Source: Lama glama (lineage: Eukaryota). Taken from it: DNA of 64,000 nucleotides. Below are positions 22,618-35,446 of this stretch, one piece after another. The DNA lies in assembly GCA_028534125.1 (NCBI GenBank), contig CM052816.1:60266001-60330000 (forward strand), in the 5' to 3' direction. The position numbers and the translations under genes are program-made. Under the pieces are notes generated by a model that was not told the DNA's origin, did not search any database, and saw nothing but the letters and a program-made list of their open reading frames with translations. Every line of letters begins with the position of its first letter. The stretch's first letter is position 1.

Positions 22618-25600
22618 CTGCCAAAAGGAAAGGAAAAACAGCTTTAAAAAAGAGACCATCTAGTATCAGCAATGTTCACATACGTTCAAAGTAGGCATAG
22701 CCAAGGCTGAACAATCTATCTGCTCATGCTATTTCTAAAATTTTTCAAGTCAATATGCACTCACTAAAATTTGAAGGGTGGCTGTTTTCCAAATATTAGA
22801 AAATATAATGTATTCATATAGTATATCACATCATTAATATTCCTCACCACCAGTGAAGCCATAATCAAATGCCTTCTTTCGGCTCTTGACTGCAAATATG
22901 TGACATGCCACACACACAAGTGATAAATTAAGGATTCAAATCAGCAAACCACAGGTAGCATCTATGTTGACATGAAAATTCTAATACAAAATTACAAGCA
23001 ATGAAGCGCAATGACATTAATTTTACAATGATGCACTAATTAAAAATCTAATTATTTAGACAAATTTCATAGTTGGACCTTTTGTCGATAGAACAGCTGA
23101 TGCCTATGATAAATGTATTTCACTACTCATTCATTTTTCATCTTCATACTGCATTCAAATTCCTTACTAAGGTAGATATTCTGGAATCATAAAAACATTC
23201 TAGTCTGTATTAAAATAACAACAAAGGCCTTTTCTCACAGGCACGTTACCTACTGTTTTTATCCTGGTACCCAAAGAGTAGAAATAATTTGCTACAAGTG
23301 GGCACAGGATAACTATTTTGTACTGTTTTTGCTAGGAGAAAGCTATAAAATAGCTAATTTGACTCCAAAGTAACTTTCACAAGGCTCAAAGAACAGCACA
23401 AATACAAAGCTGGTTGATGGTGAAGTGGATATTGTCCTCTTTTTCATTTGCTTTTCTTCAGTACAGATTGGCACTTCGTAATCAGTATAGTGGTTAGAGA
23501 AGGGTAATAAAAACCATTCACCCATCACAAGGTTCAGGGCACTGTGACGTCATCCTCCAACACCTGGGCTGCCCTCAGCCACCACTCAAGATTTACTGTA
23601 ATGTCTTCTTAATTCAGAATGTACCTGTTACAGCATTCTTGAAACAGGGCTTGCCCCCTAACTTCTAAATAACATATAGTGGATATATTTGAGAGTTTGT
23701 ATAAAATATTTAAAATGAATATTTCTATATACTATTCAAATAACACATTTCAAAACCAAACCAAATTTCTTTCAGCAAAATTGACTCGGGAACGAACCCC
23801 ATCTCTTAAATATTTGCTGCTGATTAACTTTTGTCAACATCCCCGTATTCATAATCTCTTAAGGTCAGGCTGCATCTTTTTATTTTCCTTACTGGAGCAA
23901 TAAACATCCCCTAGTATTATCTGTGAGTTTAATTAAGATCATGTTTACTCAGCCTTAAAGAAGTTGTTGAAGAAGAATAGACCCTTGATACTTAATTATG
24001 AAGATGGATTGTGGTATTATCAACTCATCTATCAAGAACCGAATTTGACCTATTAAATTCATAATCATTAAGTCAGATAGTGTGATTAAAAAAAATGTTG
24101 TACAACATATTTAGTGTTAATTCAAATTAATGTCTCTTCTCATTTTAATACAGAAATATTAAATCTATCAACTTGCTGATGTTAATAAAAGAAATTATAA
24201 ATGATAGATTTATATCCTGGAACTCCCAGCAAAGTTATTTGTTAATTTTAGCAAACTAACTGAAATACAGGTTAACTTTCACAGAAATGGCTAGTTGCAT
24301 TTTTTATACTTAGTATCTGATTTAAATCACTTACAAAAATTTTCTCTTGACATTCAATTATTAATGTTTATATATATAAATCAAATGAATAAGAAATAGG
24401 TATCAGCAGAAAGAATAACCTAATTAATATCTTGCATAGGGTTATCAGTGAAATGCTGACTGAAAGCTAAAATTTAGAAAATAATATTTCTTAAAAACAT
24501 TTTTAATTGAATTCCCTAAGAAATTTATAGAATGACTAATACATTACTATAACAAGCAAAATAAGTAGCCAACAATTTCTACTTAAAAAAAAGAAGAACA
24601 CAGAAAATTCTCACAACTGGATCAGGTATTTAAAATCTACCAAAAAAGGGTGAGAAAGTACTGATTTTAAAAGTGCAATTAAAAAAAACTCAAAAAGAAC
24701 TACCTGAATAAAATTTTAAAATGGAATACACTTGTTTGATCGATAGAAAAATATAACAATATAAAATAAAAAAATAGGAACAAACTTAATATTACATTTA
24801 TCTCTTAATATTAAAGAGATTAACATGTGTACACAAATCTCTGCACTCATGAAGTAGTCTTGGCCTCACAAATGAATTTATTTGTCGCTAACATTCCTAA
24901 GGGTAAAGGAGCACATTTTATATATATTTAACCTTAAAATACCTAGATTTTCATTAATATATTTTTATTGAAGTATAGTCAGTTTACAATGTTGTGTTTG
25001 ATATACATATACATAAATAATGTGAAAATACTGGGATCCTACTGGGATATTCTGTAGGTGATTTTTCAAAATTTGATGGGAGGGATGGTCACCCAATCTC
25101 ATTACCATGTACTTCTGGTATCTCTGAGAGTCATCTAATCTTATTACTCTAGGTACCTGGTTGCCAACAAATGAGTCAAAATCTGCATTTAACCCCACAG
25201 CAAGAAAACTCCGAATGGGCAGGACCTATGAGTATTTATACCTCGATTGCCCCAGCACCTGGCACTGCCCACGTTAATAATGACACTGGTGCAACACGCT
25301 GAGCTGCCCTCTGTGGTCATTATGTATTCATCTGGGTATCACACTCTTTTCTGCCGATGAAAGGAGAAACTTATGGCTACTAAGCGTGAGGCTGGCTACC
25401 AAGGTGGTGGTGATCACACCATAGTCATTTAACCCATAACATGATGAAACAGTAGAAACATTGCCACTTGAGCAAAATCAAGGTCCCTTTTCTTTCCTCC
25501 AGCATCACTAAGTTGGATCAGCTTTGCTTCTTCTCAAGCTGTGTCTCCCAAGGAAAAAACAAGTGCCATCCTACCAGGTAAAACAGGAACATAATTTCTA

Positions 25601-26150
25601 CCATAGCAGGAGTCTCTGAACTTGAAAATCTATCCTCGTCTAAAGCACTTGAGTTTGTCAAGAGTTATCTCCAGTTCAGCCATAGGAACCTTAGAGGTAT
25701 TCGATTGCAAAAATGAAACTGAAGAATAGTTATCAAGTCAAGTTTCAGCTCTCCATCCCCAAAATGCAATCTTCCAGCTTCATTCTTTAAGAAGAAATGG
25801 AAGCCATCCACCCTGCCCGGGCTTGGTCCTGAAAGCCGTACCCAGGAATACCCACCACCCATAAAGCACCTCCTCCTCCCCCGGCCACCCAGTTGAAGAA
25901 ACATATGGGGACACTGCCTGTGGATGACATGCTCAGTTCTTGCAAAGGTGACACATGGCACAGATTCTTTACTTGCAAAATCTGAATTTAGTCCAAGAAG
26001 ACAGTCATTCACTACTTGAGACAAAGGCAAAGATAAACTATGGATTAGGACAGGGGCTAATGATGCCAAGTGAGCATTTCTTTTTATTTCATTCCTTGGG
26101 TTCCTCCCTGGAAAGATCCACCCACCTGTAGACCGTGAATGCACGTGTGT

Positions 26151-26175
26151 ATACACACACACACACACACACACA
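26151..26175. repeat. (CA)n microsatellite
   Basis: Directly visible. Confidence 0.9.
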
Positions 26176-28889
26176 ACAAGCACTGTTGACTGTGGACTTG
26201 GGGATCTGAGAAGAATGGGAAAGTGGAAAGTCAATGACAGTACTTTTGAGTGAGCAGGGCTGTCTGGCCCCTGGGGCTGGGACACAGAACTCTACGGATA
26301 GAACATCACAGTTGGACAGGCGCTTGGGTGGAGATGCTTCAATGTGACATGAGGCCACCACACAGAAGTGTTTGATTTGTTGGCTGGTGTTGTGACTCAG
26401 GCAGGTGCCATGAGGATGGCACAGGGCACCACTCCTGCTCCTGAGTTCACTGTTTCCATTCACCAAAGCAGTTTCACAAGGAGCTTCTCAATCTCCTAAT
26501 GACTGCCAACAGTGCCTTTCATTTGATAAGAAGATGAAGAGATGGATCGTGCATTTCACCTGGGCTAAGCTGAGGGAGGGGAGGGAAGGGTGGGGTACGT
26601 AGTTTTGGTCCAAAGCCCCCATCTTCTATTTCTGCCTGGATTGTCCTTATGCTCAGGCTCCGAGTGAAAGACTTGGTGGGGTCTGTAAAAGTCTTACACC
26701 TGGATCTGTCACAGCTCTCCTGGCAGAAGCACTTGTTAACAATCTTCTACCAGGTCTGTAAAAGCCATGAGGCCCACCAGGCTGTGGCCTTTTGCAACTG
26801 TACTGAGTAGCTGAAATGCAGCTTAATTTTAAATTATAGTCATTTTAGGCGATGAATACTGATCGCGTCCGATCACGGCAGGACAAGCCCAGAAAGCCAA
26901 ATCCCAGCAGGCAGTCACTTCGAACATTCGCAGCTGACTTGAAAGGTCAACCCTCAGGACAACATAAGACTGACCATGGCTGAGAGGCAGTGAATTGCCT
27001 AAGAAGAGCCCCAGGAATTCCAAAAAGCGAGACTACAGTTTATTAATTCATCTTGATGAAAAATGGGATAAATTTGCACAGGAGGCCAATTATAGACCGA
27101 AGCTTTACTGAATGTGAACATATGCTAACTATTTCTGAACACCTTAATAGAATCTGAACATTTGAATACTCCTTAAACAAAGAGGAAGGCAGAAGTGGAG
27201 CCAACCGGGCACGACCAGGCAACAGAAAACGTCTGGCTAACATGGTATTGCTGCAAACATGTTATAAAACAGGCAGACTTCTGTTTTTCTGTTTCCTTAT
27301 CTTTACAGTGAAGGGGTTGCACCAGATTAGAGAAGAGTCATTAACTTTTGTTTGTTGGTTTAAGAAATTTTTAAAATGTAGAAAATACAGAAATACAATC
27401 CAACAATTCCCATCACCTGGAATGGACAAAGGTATCATTTTGTGATATTTGTTCCCAACCTTCAGTATACATATATTTATATTTCATAATTATATACATA
27501 ATTTCATATATATACATATAAAACAGACAGGGAGAAATGTACATTCTGACATCCAAACCAGTAAACATTTTCTACTCCCCAACCAGGCAACTAATGAAAG
27601 AATTGCAGCTTGTAGATTTCCCATCCATTTTTGATACTTTCATATACATGAACATATACCTATGAACAACATGTGTTTGTGTCTGCATTTTCACCACTGG
27701 TATCACATGTCAGGAAAAACTGATGAAGACTTAAAATTGTGTAAGAGAGATGAATGGCTTTCCTTTCCATGGCTTGTAAGGCAGTAGACGCCCCCTCCCC
27801 CAACCCCGGGGATTATCTGATTCTATAAAAGCATATACCTGTTACTTTCTTTCTAATGACTAGGCCATTTTAAAACTCGGTCAGGGTTGGAGTTACACCG
27901 TAGAGAACTAGTAGTAATATAAGTGATTCTTGTCCATAATCATGTAAACAAATTTTGTCTAGTATAGACACAATTAATATTCACCCATAAAGAGATGACC
28001 TCAAACATTTACTATCACTGTCCTGTGAGATACTAACCAGCTTTGCATCTACTATTAAATTTAATTTCTTCATTCCTAGTGCATATATATGTCTGATTTT
28101 CAAAATCTCTTACTGCTCTCTTATTAATTAATAAGTTAAATAAAATCTTTGACATGTTTATTTTATATTTGTATGACAGTCACATTTTTGACTTTTTTGA
28201 TAAATTACATTTTAGCACACACTTTACATTATAGATATTTTGTAACTTTTTTTCACTCCACGTTGTATTTTTGAGATTTAACCATGGCAACATAAATACG
28301 GGTTTAATTCATGCCTTTTCTTAGATTATTCATTTGAAGCAAATTTTAGGGTTCTTAAATGCACTAAAATTATATATATCATGGACATTTCTTTTTTCTT
28401 AGCACACATTAAATATCTAGGCCTCTATGTATTTGCAAATCTGATTGCAAAAGCTTTGAAAAGAATCTTTGAGGCTGTACTTGAAAGAAAAATTATATCA
28501 TGTCACCTAAAGCAAATCTTCCTTACAATCTTCTCTGGACATTTCTCCCCCAAAGTCTTAATTTCTTCAGATGCTGCCTTGCCCTTCTCTCCAAGTCTGT
28601 CTTCATACAATTGTCTTCTCCAGAAATAACTTTTTTGTCTTTCATATGTAAATCACTGTACCCTTCCTCCAGGCTTCTTCAAGTCAACAGCTCTACCCTT
28701 TTTCTGGTACAGCACAACAAGGCCACACCTGGTAGTCCGCTGGGTAAGCACTCATCCTCCTTAGAAGGCAACAGAGAACAAAGCATTCATAGTCCTGTCT
28801 CCCTGACATATTGTTACTCACTTGAAGTTAAGACACTGCCAATGTCTTTCCTGTGGCCCATGAAATCAGGGCTCCACCCAGGCTTCCAT

Positions 28890-29460
28890 TAATTCACTCA
28901 ACAAATTACTTTTTGAGTCCCTAATACACAGTAGGATATTTGATATTTGCTGTCCTTTAGGGACCTACACTCTAGGGGAGAAAGCAGAATTAATAAAATA
29001 AACTAGTAAAATTTGTAGTATGATAGAAGGTGATGGAGAAACATGATGCACAGAGAAGGACAGGGAGCATGGATGTAGGAAATCAATTTTAAATAGGCGG
29101 CTAGGAAAGGCCGCACTGGGGAGGTGATGTGTGAGTAAGACCACAAGAATCAGGGAGTGCGCTTTCAACAAGAGCAAAGGCCCTGAGGCAGGGGTGCTCC
29201 AGGACCAGCAAGTAGGCCAGCGTGGCAGGAGTGGAGCAAGCCAGAGGCAAGCACACAGAGGAAAGTGGACAGAGGACGGGGGGCACCTCTGTGGCAGCTC
29301 ACAGGCCACAGGACTGAGACTGGCTTTTAGTCTGGGTGAAAAGGGAAGCCACTGGAAGGTTTTAAACATGATCTGATTTTTGCTTTAAGAGAATTATTCT
29401 GGCTGCTAGATGGAAATCACTGAAGGAGGAGGGAGGGAGACTGGTTAGGAAGTTAAGTGA
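28890..29460 (-). mobile_element. L2 3' end
   Basis: attcactcaacaaattac...gagcaaaggccctgaggcagg...gggaagccactggaaggttttaaacatgatctgatt. Confidence 0.85.
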
Positions 29461-32400
29461 ACGTGCAGGTCTGGTACACTCGCATCTCCTGTGACTCGAT
29501 TCTACAATATGGTACTTTATTTTAAAAATTCATGCAAAAAATCTCCCCAAGATTCAATGCAAGCATTATGGCTGTCCACGCGCCTTTGCACAGCCTTGCA
29601 AACACTGGGGAAAGCAGGTGCTGGGGTTGCGGCCCCTGCCAAGCAGAGAGCTTCAGGCCTCTGCATATTTACATCAGTAGAATGGCCTAGTTCACACGTA
29701 TCCAGGGTATGTTATTATGAAGGCTTAGTATCGATATTATCGGCTTGATACTTGAACTTAATTTTTCCATTAGTAGAACAACTGCTTTTTAAAGGCATTA
29801 ATTATAATGGAAATGAGTGATTGCTCCTACTGTTTTCACCCAGGAGCAAAAAACTTTAGGCTAATTACACACCTAGAGGAAGGTATAAGTCTCCAAGCTT
29901 TCAAAAATTCTGAGGAAAATCAATAGAAAAATACATATATTACTGCATATAGTACTTCTTGGAAATACATCTAGTCCATTAAGTTAAGCCCACAGTGTGA
30001 GGTCTGGCCCAATTTTCTGTCTTCGTAAAGGAAGAGATGGCTGAACACACAGATATTCACAAGATGTTATTCAATACAAGAAATATTTAGGAAATGTCTA
30101 TTTCTATGTACATAGTACTCTGGCGAATAAGAAAATGAAGAAAACACTCAAAATGTTTAAAATATAAAAGAAGAGTTAAGACTCATTCACAGATAACTGT
30201 ATTCTAAGGCAGAATCTGGCAGTGAGGTCCAAACAAAATTCTGTTGCTGCGTTAAGTATGAGCTAAAATCCCAGTCAGCTTTGAAACATATTTTCATAAC
30301 TACTAAGCACTAGCATTTTATAGTGCACACTAAGCATGGCAAATTGCTCCTCCATTTCTCAGGTCTTCCCTAAATAACCCCTTAATCTCAGGGATCTGTG
30401 TGACACAGACATTTTTAAAGACCTATTTCTTCTTAGTTACTCCATTTTGTGGCTATGTCGAAGCAAGATACGTGAACACAGCTATTTCTACGTGGCTGAC
30501 GTGGTGAGCTCTGAGGTCATGTATTAAGCATGGGACTGATGGGGCCTGACGTTCGCCACGTCGTACCACAGTGACCCAGGCAAGCAGAGCATCCATTCTG
30601 TGGTCACTCATTCATTCAGGAAGTATAACCAGGGATTCTGCCTGGAGCTTACAACCTAGGAGGGGGTACAAAGATTATATTTTGCATCATAGTGAATCTT
30701 GGTGGATACCCAGAAAAGCACAGAAAATAAAAATGACTTCAATAGAGATTCAGTAAATATTTTTGAATGACTAATTAAATAGGTTTCCTGCCTTTAAGAA
30801 GTTTCTAATTTAACCTGGAAGACAAACATGAAATAATTTATAAGACTAAACTGATCCAAGGTATTATATCATCGTCTAATTCTACTAGCTTGATCAAGGC
30901 TATACATAACTAAGAAAACACAAAGAGCTGACAGCTTTATATAGTGTAAAACTTCTTACTGAGAAAACCTACATACATGTCATTCCGAATAAAATCACAA
31001 AGGGATAATCAGTGGAATTCAAAGAATGCCATAACACAATGGTCAAAGCTGAAGAGGAGCTGGTAATTATGCGGGATTTATAGTAGCAGGTAAGTCCAAC
31101 TGCTGAAACGGTAGAAGTAAAACGTAACTAAAATGAGAAGGGTCTAAATACCTGTTCACTTTTTCAGCAACGTGCACCATAGGAGGTACCTAGCCTGCTG
31201 TCCCCCAGGAATTCTAACACAACAGGACAGGTCATCTATTTGAATGAAGACACGTAAGGGCTGGAACAGTCAGTGATGAGACGAATTCTGGACTTCTGAT
31301 TAGTCACGCAGAGCATGAGAGCTCAAACCCCGCACCAAAGCCACACAATAAAGACTGTTTGTACTGGAGACGAGGGTGTGGAGAAAGCGTTGCAAAGGCA
31401 AGGTCATTAATTCTGATTTAAGAGTTGAAGGGCATGTGCTGTGTCTTGGCAAACAGCTCCAAAGGCTGATCTGGCCAAAACATTGTGTGGAGTCATTCAA
31501 AACTGTGGTCTAATGGGTCCTGCAAGGCTAAAGGGCTGCTGTCACCTGGCCGGGCGACCTCTGGCTGGGCTATCAAAGTAGCAGCGAGTCAGCTGAGGGA
31601 GGGATGGAGGCGGTGGCCCCAGTTTTATAACTGGGTAAAGGGTCAAACACCTAGGTGAGCGACACACAAGCCTTTGCTTGTTCTCAGGGCAGATGTGGTC
31701 AGGGATCAAAGGTAAGTCTACAGACAAGTTTGGGAGTCAAGGAAAAATAAACAAAACACAAACTAATGTTTTTCTGAATCTCGACTTTAAGAGTGTGTTT
31801 GTGTTGTGGGGATGAGGGGATGTGTGGGACACATTTTTTAAAACTTCCCTGCTTCATACTCAATACGGATAGAAGTCACCACCTGATACATTTTTTTCTA
31901 AGTAGCAGAAAGCCGAGTTCCAAGTCCAATGATAAAAATTATTTTTAATCAATTTAATTCAATAGCATTGGCTTTTTCCCAGTTGGCCAGTGTCAAGCAA
32001 ACACATCTTAAAAAAAAAAACAACCTAAGAAAGTGAAGGCAGCAACAAACCCGAGTAAACACAACCGCTTATATCTAATGTTCTGATCTGCCTTTCTGAA
32101 AACACTCTAAAAATTTTTACTATTGACTCCTTTCTTCTGTACCTATTATCTCCTACTTTATTGCTTTAAAGAAAGAGCCATCAGCTTTACAAAGCTGAAC
32201 TGGAAGATTTTCTTATATTCAAATCTTATGTGAACATACACACAGCTGATGTGATGCTATTTTACCCATTCCAGGCTTCCCCATACAGAAATTAAACTTC
32301 AGTGTAACTTCCTACACTTAGAAACAATTTGGTGGATGTCTTTCATTCTAGTAGGGTAATTTAGCTACAAAGCTCAGGAAGACCTATGAAAAAAATCCAA

Positions 32401-33549
32401 GGGTCTGTTCCCTCTTTGGGGTTCTGAGGACCCAGGGGCTGCTCCGTTCTGACCCACAAAGAGGAAGGGGGAGTTTACTTCCACAACCACGGCTCTCCTT
32501 TTCTGACACTCAACAGAAATTTATGTCAAGCTCAGAATGAACAGCGTGACTATTTAACACCCTTCCAACTCCAAAGCGTTTTGCATTTACAGTGATTTGG
32601 CTGAACGCTTTGCCCACGAGTGAACTGTCCCCGATTCCTGTGCCTCCGCAGTCAGAACACAAACATACACACATGGAAAGCCGACAGCACAGCTCCACTT
32701 TGTTCTTTTCTGCAAGGAAAAGTCGTGTGGCAAAAAGCCATCATCTTTCTGTGCAGTATGTTTTGTTGCTAGCTGTGCCCAATTCAGAATCTTGCAAAAC
32801 GACATTCTGCTAATGACATGAATGTCAAAGCTGTGATAATGGGCACAAGTAGAAGAAAATGTTTCCTAAATGGAGAAACAACAGGAAAACTGCCAAATGG
32901 ATATTAAAATTAGTCGTGTGTTCGTCCCACACTTCAGCATTTAGTCCCCTACTATTTGTGCCCAACAACAAGGAAGCAGCCCTCTAAGGAGGGAAGAATA
33001 GCCCACCTTGGTGAAAAGCACAGGAAAAAAAAAATGAGGTCAAAGGAATGCTTTCCCTTAATTAACTTGACAGATGTCTTTCCTTTTTCTCATTTGCATC
33101 CACTGATGTTTTCTTAGTCAGTCTCTCATTTTGCAAAGATGAAATTGGCCACAAGGAACCAATTCTGGTTCTAAAGACAGGAGGGCTGGGGCAATACCAG
33201 GAGATGCTGGTCTTTAAATTGCTCAGTATTCAGACTGGGTAATGAATGCTCCTTGCTCTTGCCATTTGTGGGCTGAGTAGCAGAGTTTTAGCTCTGGAAG
33301 ATGATGTACTGACTGCCACGGCAGCACCACCGACGAGCAGCAAATGGGACCTAGGAAGGGAGGACATGTGGCTCCCACAACTGAGGCACATTCAAAGTTA
33401 GAAATCTCCTCATTAGACACAGAAATACATTTAAGTGTATCTTATGTGAATGCATTATACACTCCACAAAGGAAAAGACAATTCTGTTTTAGATTTCACA
33501 GATCGGCTATTTCTTAGAGGAGTACAGCTATACAATACAAGGACTTAAC

Positions 33550-33720
33550 ACTGGCCAGTCTGTTTTAAAATTCCTTAAGCCTCGATTTACTGATCTGTAG
33601 TATAGGAGTAAGAATATGAAGTACCTCAGAGGGCTAAGGAGAGATGAAATGAGATAATGCCTGTGAAGAAATGATCATAGTGCCCAGCACAGCAAGGGCT
33701 TCATAAATATTAAACGTCAA
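33550..33720 (+). mobile_element. MIR SINE
   Basis: aagcctcgatttactgatctgtag...aaatgagataatgcctgtgaag...agtgcccagcacag. Confidence 0.75.
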
Positions 33721-34274
33721 GAGGAAACAGTTTGGTCTCTCTTTCTTGCATACAGTCTTTCATGCATACTATGTTTTCCTACGTAGAATGTGACACGAAG
33801 GCTTTCCCTCAAGGATCTTGGAACAAGAAGTATGAGACTGAGACTGCCCAGAGAATTAACTTCTAAAATCAATACAATGAATTATGCAAGAGCTAAAGTG
33901 GCTGGTTCTAAGGCAGCAGATTTGACAGTAAATGTAAATATTAACACAGTTATAGAAAGCATGTCACAACAAGAAGGGCAATTGGTTGGCTTGAGAAACA
34001 GAAAAACAAAAGCTGAAGAACCACAAGTTCAAGTGTTCACCCAAGGGCTTCAAACTGGCAACCTCAAGGTGAAGGGACATGCAGGAGACCGCACCCAACA
34101 CAGATGGCGAAGTTTCAGATCAACTGTCAAAACCATCTGCATCACCTCTGCCCAAGGCCAGGAGTTATTTAAGTCATTCAGCGTGTCTTGCTCTGTGACC
34201 ACGCTCCCCAAGCCACCTTCTGACTACTTCTTGGAGAGGTCTGCCCAAATATGAGTAACACGAATAACAACAAA

Positions 34275-34500
34275 ACAACTGCTAACTTTCACTAAGTGTT
34301 TTTTTAATACACACCAAGTAATGGTTTAATTTGCATGAGAATCCCATCAGGTAGGACTTACTTTTATCCACATCTTATAGGCATGAACTTCTGACTGAGA
34401 AGTTCAGAAATTTGCCTAAGATCACACAGCTAGTAAGTGGTAGAGCTGGAATCCCAACTCGGGCAGTGTGCCTTCAGAGCCCGTGCTTGGAACTATTAGG
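34275..34500 (-). mobile_element. MIR SINE
   Basis: ttgcctaagatcacacagctagtaagtggtagagctggaatcccaactc. Confidence 0.8.
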
Positions 34501-35298
34501 TTAAAATATAAGGCAAAGAATAAGAACTTTGAAGAGCCTAAGCCCCATAATGATGATTTTTCTGCCTGTAATTTCTCTCAGAATTCTGGTCCTATACACA
34601 AATCAGCGAGCCTGGGAACTGCAGACCCATGTTTAGGAGATGTAGCTACTCTTGGGATACCAACTGAAATGGAATTTTCAGTCCAAAGATCGGCATTCTG
34701 CTGCAGGAGGTAGGTCAAGTTATCAAGCTTCACACTGAGATCGTGAGGTTTTTCTAGAGGCAGCAAGCCTGACCCAGGTGGGGGCATGATTTTTATCCTG
34801 AGATATACTTGTACACAATGTTAGCAGGCTTGCAGAAGACAGGGGAGATGTCACCGTTTGGACATTTGGACGTTCCTTCCTCCAGTGTATTCCTGAGGAT
34901 CCAAAGGCAGATGACCTGGCACCCGGATTATCCATTTCAAGAAGGCTGCTTTTTCCCTGTCCAACTAGCTCGTCTAGACAGGCACAACTAGGGGAAAGAC
35001 TTGTGTTTAAGCATGTGTGATTCAGATTTCTGTGTTCCATTGTTTCTTAAGAAATTTCAAAATTAAATTCAAATTTCTCAATCATTTCCCCTTACACAGG
35101 CTTTTTGTAAATTTTGGCTTTTCTACTTCTAGATATCTGACTCTTTAGGTATTAGAGAACACAGAAGTCAGATCTGCGGTGTGAAGCCTCTTTGTGTGTC
35201 CTGGTTTGGAGAAAAGGAGTAAACAGTGTGGTATCAGGAAGCAAATTTGACCATCAGAAAATCTAAAGAGTATTTATTGACTGTGTTATTGAGACTAG

Positions 35299-35446
35299 TT
35301 TTTTTTTTTAAAACAGATTTTATTTTTGGTGGGACAGGTAACTAGGTTTACTTATTTATTTTTCAAGGAGGTACTGGGGATTGAACTCAGGACCTCCTGT
35401 ACTGTAAGCATGTGCTCTACCACTTGAGCTATACCCTCATCCCCCC
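35299..35446 (-). mobile_element. vic-1-type camelid SINE
   Basis: ggaggtactggggattgaactcaggacctcctgtactgtaagcatgtgctctaccacttgagctataccc, the same family as 4437-4607. Confidence 0.9.

Noticed and set aside
25301..25319. CTCF-like motif (tgaccacagagggcagc, minus); similar one at about 42622
   Set aside because: One base short of the core spacing, or mismatched at the near-invariant C. Not supportable from sequence alone.
25665..26285. Longest ORF (206 aa, minus)
   Set aside because: Runs through a (CA)n repeat (VCVCVC), has no recognisable domain and a non-ATG start. Chance ORF.
31618..31636. Short hairpins (cccagtt-ttat-aactggg; similar at about 42267, 44095, 49774, 56241)
   Set aside because: Stems of 7-8 bp are expected by chance in 64 kb and are too short for pre-miRNAs.
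33790..34254. 154-aa plus-strand ORF
   Set aside because: GTG start, no recognisable homology, no poly-A/TSD to suggest a retrocopy.
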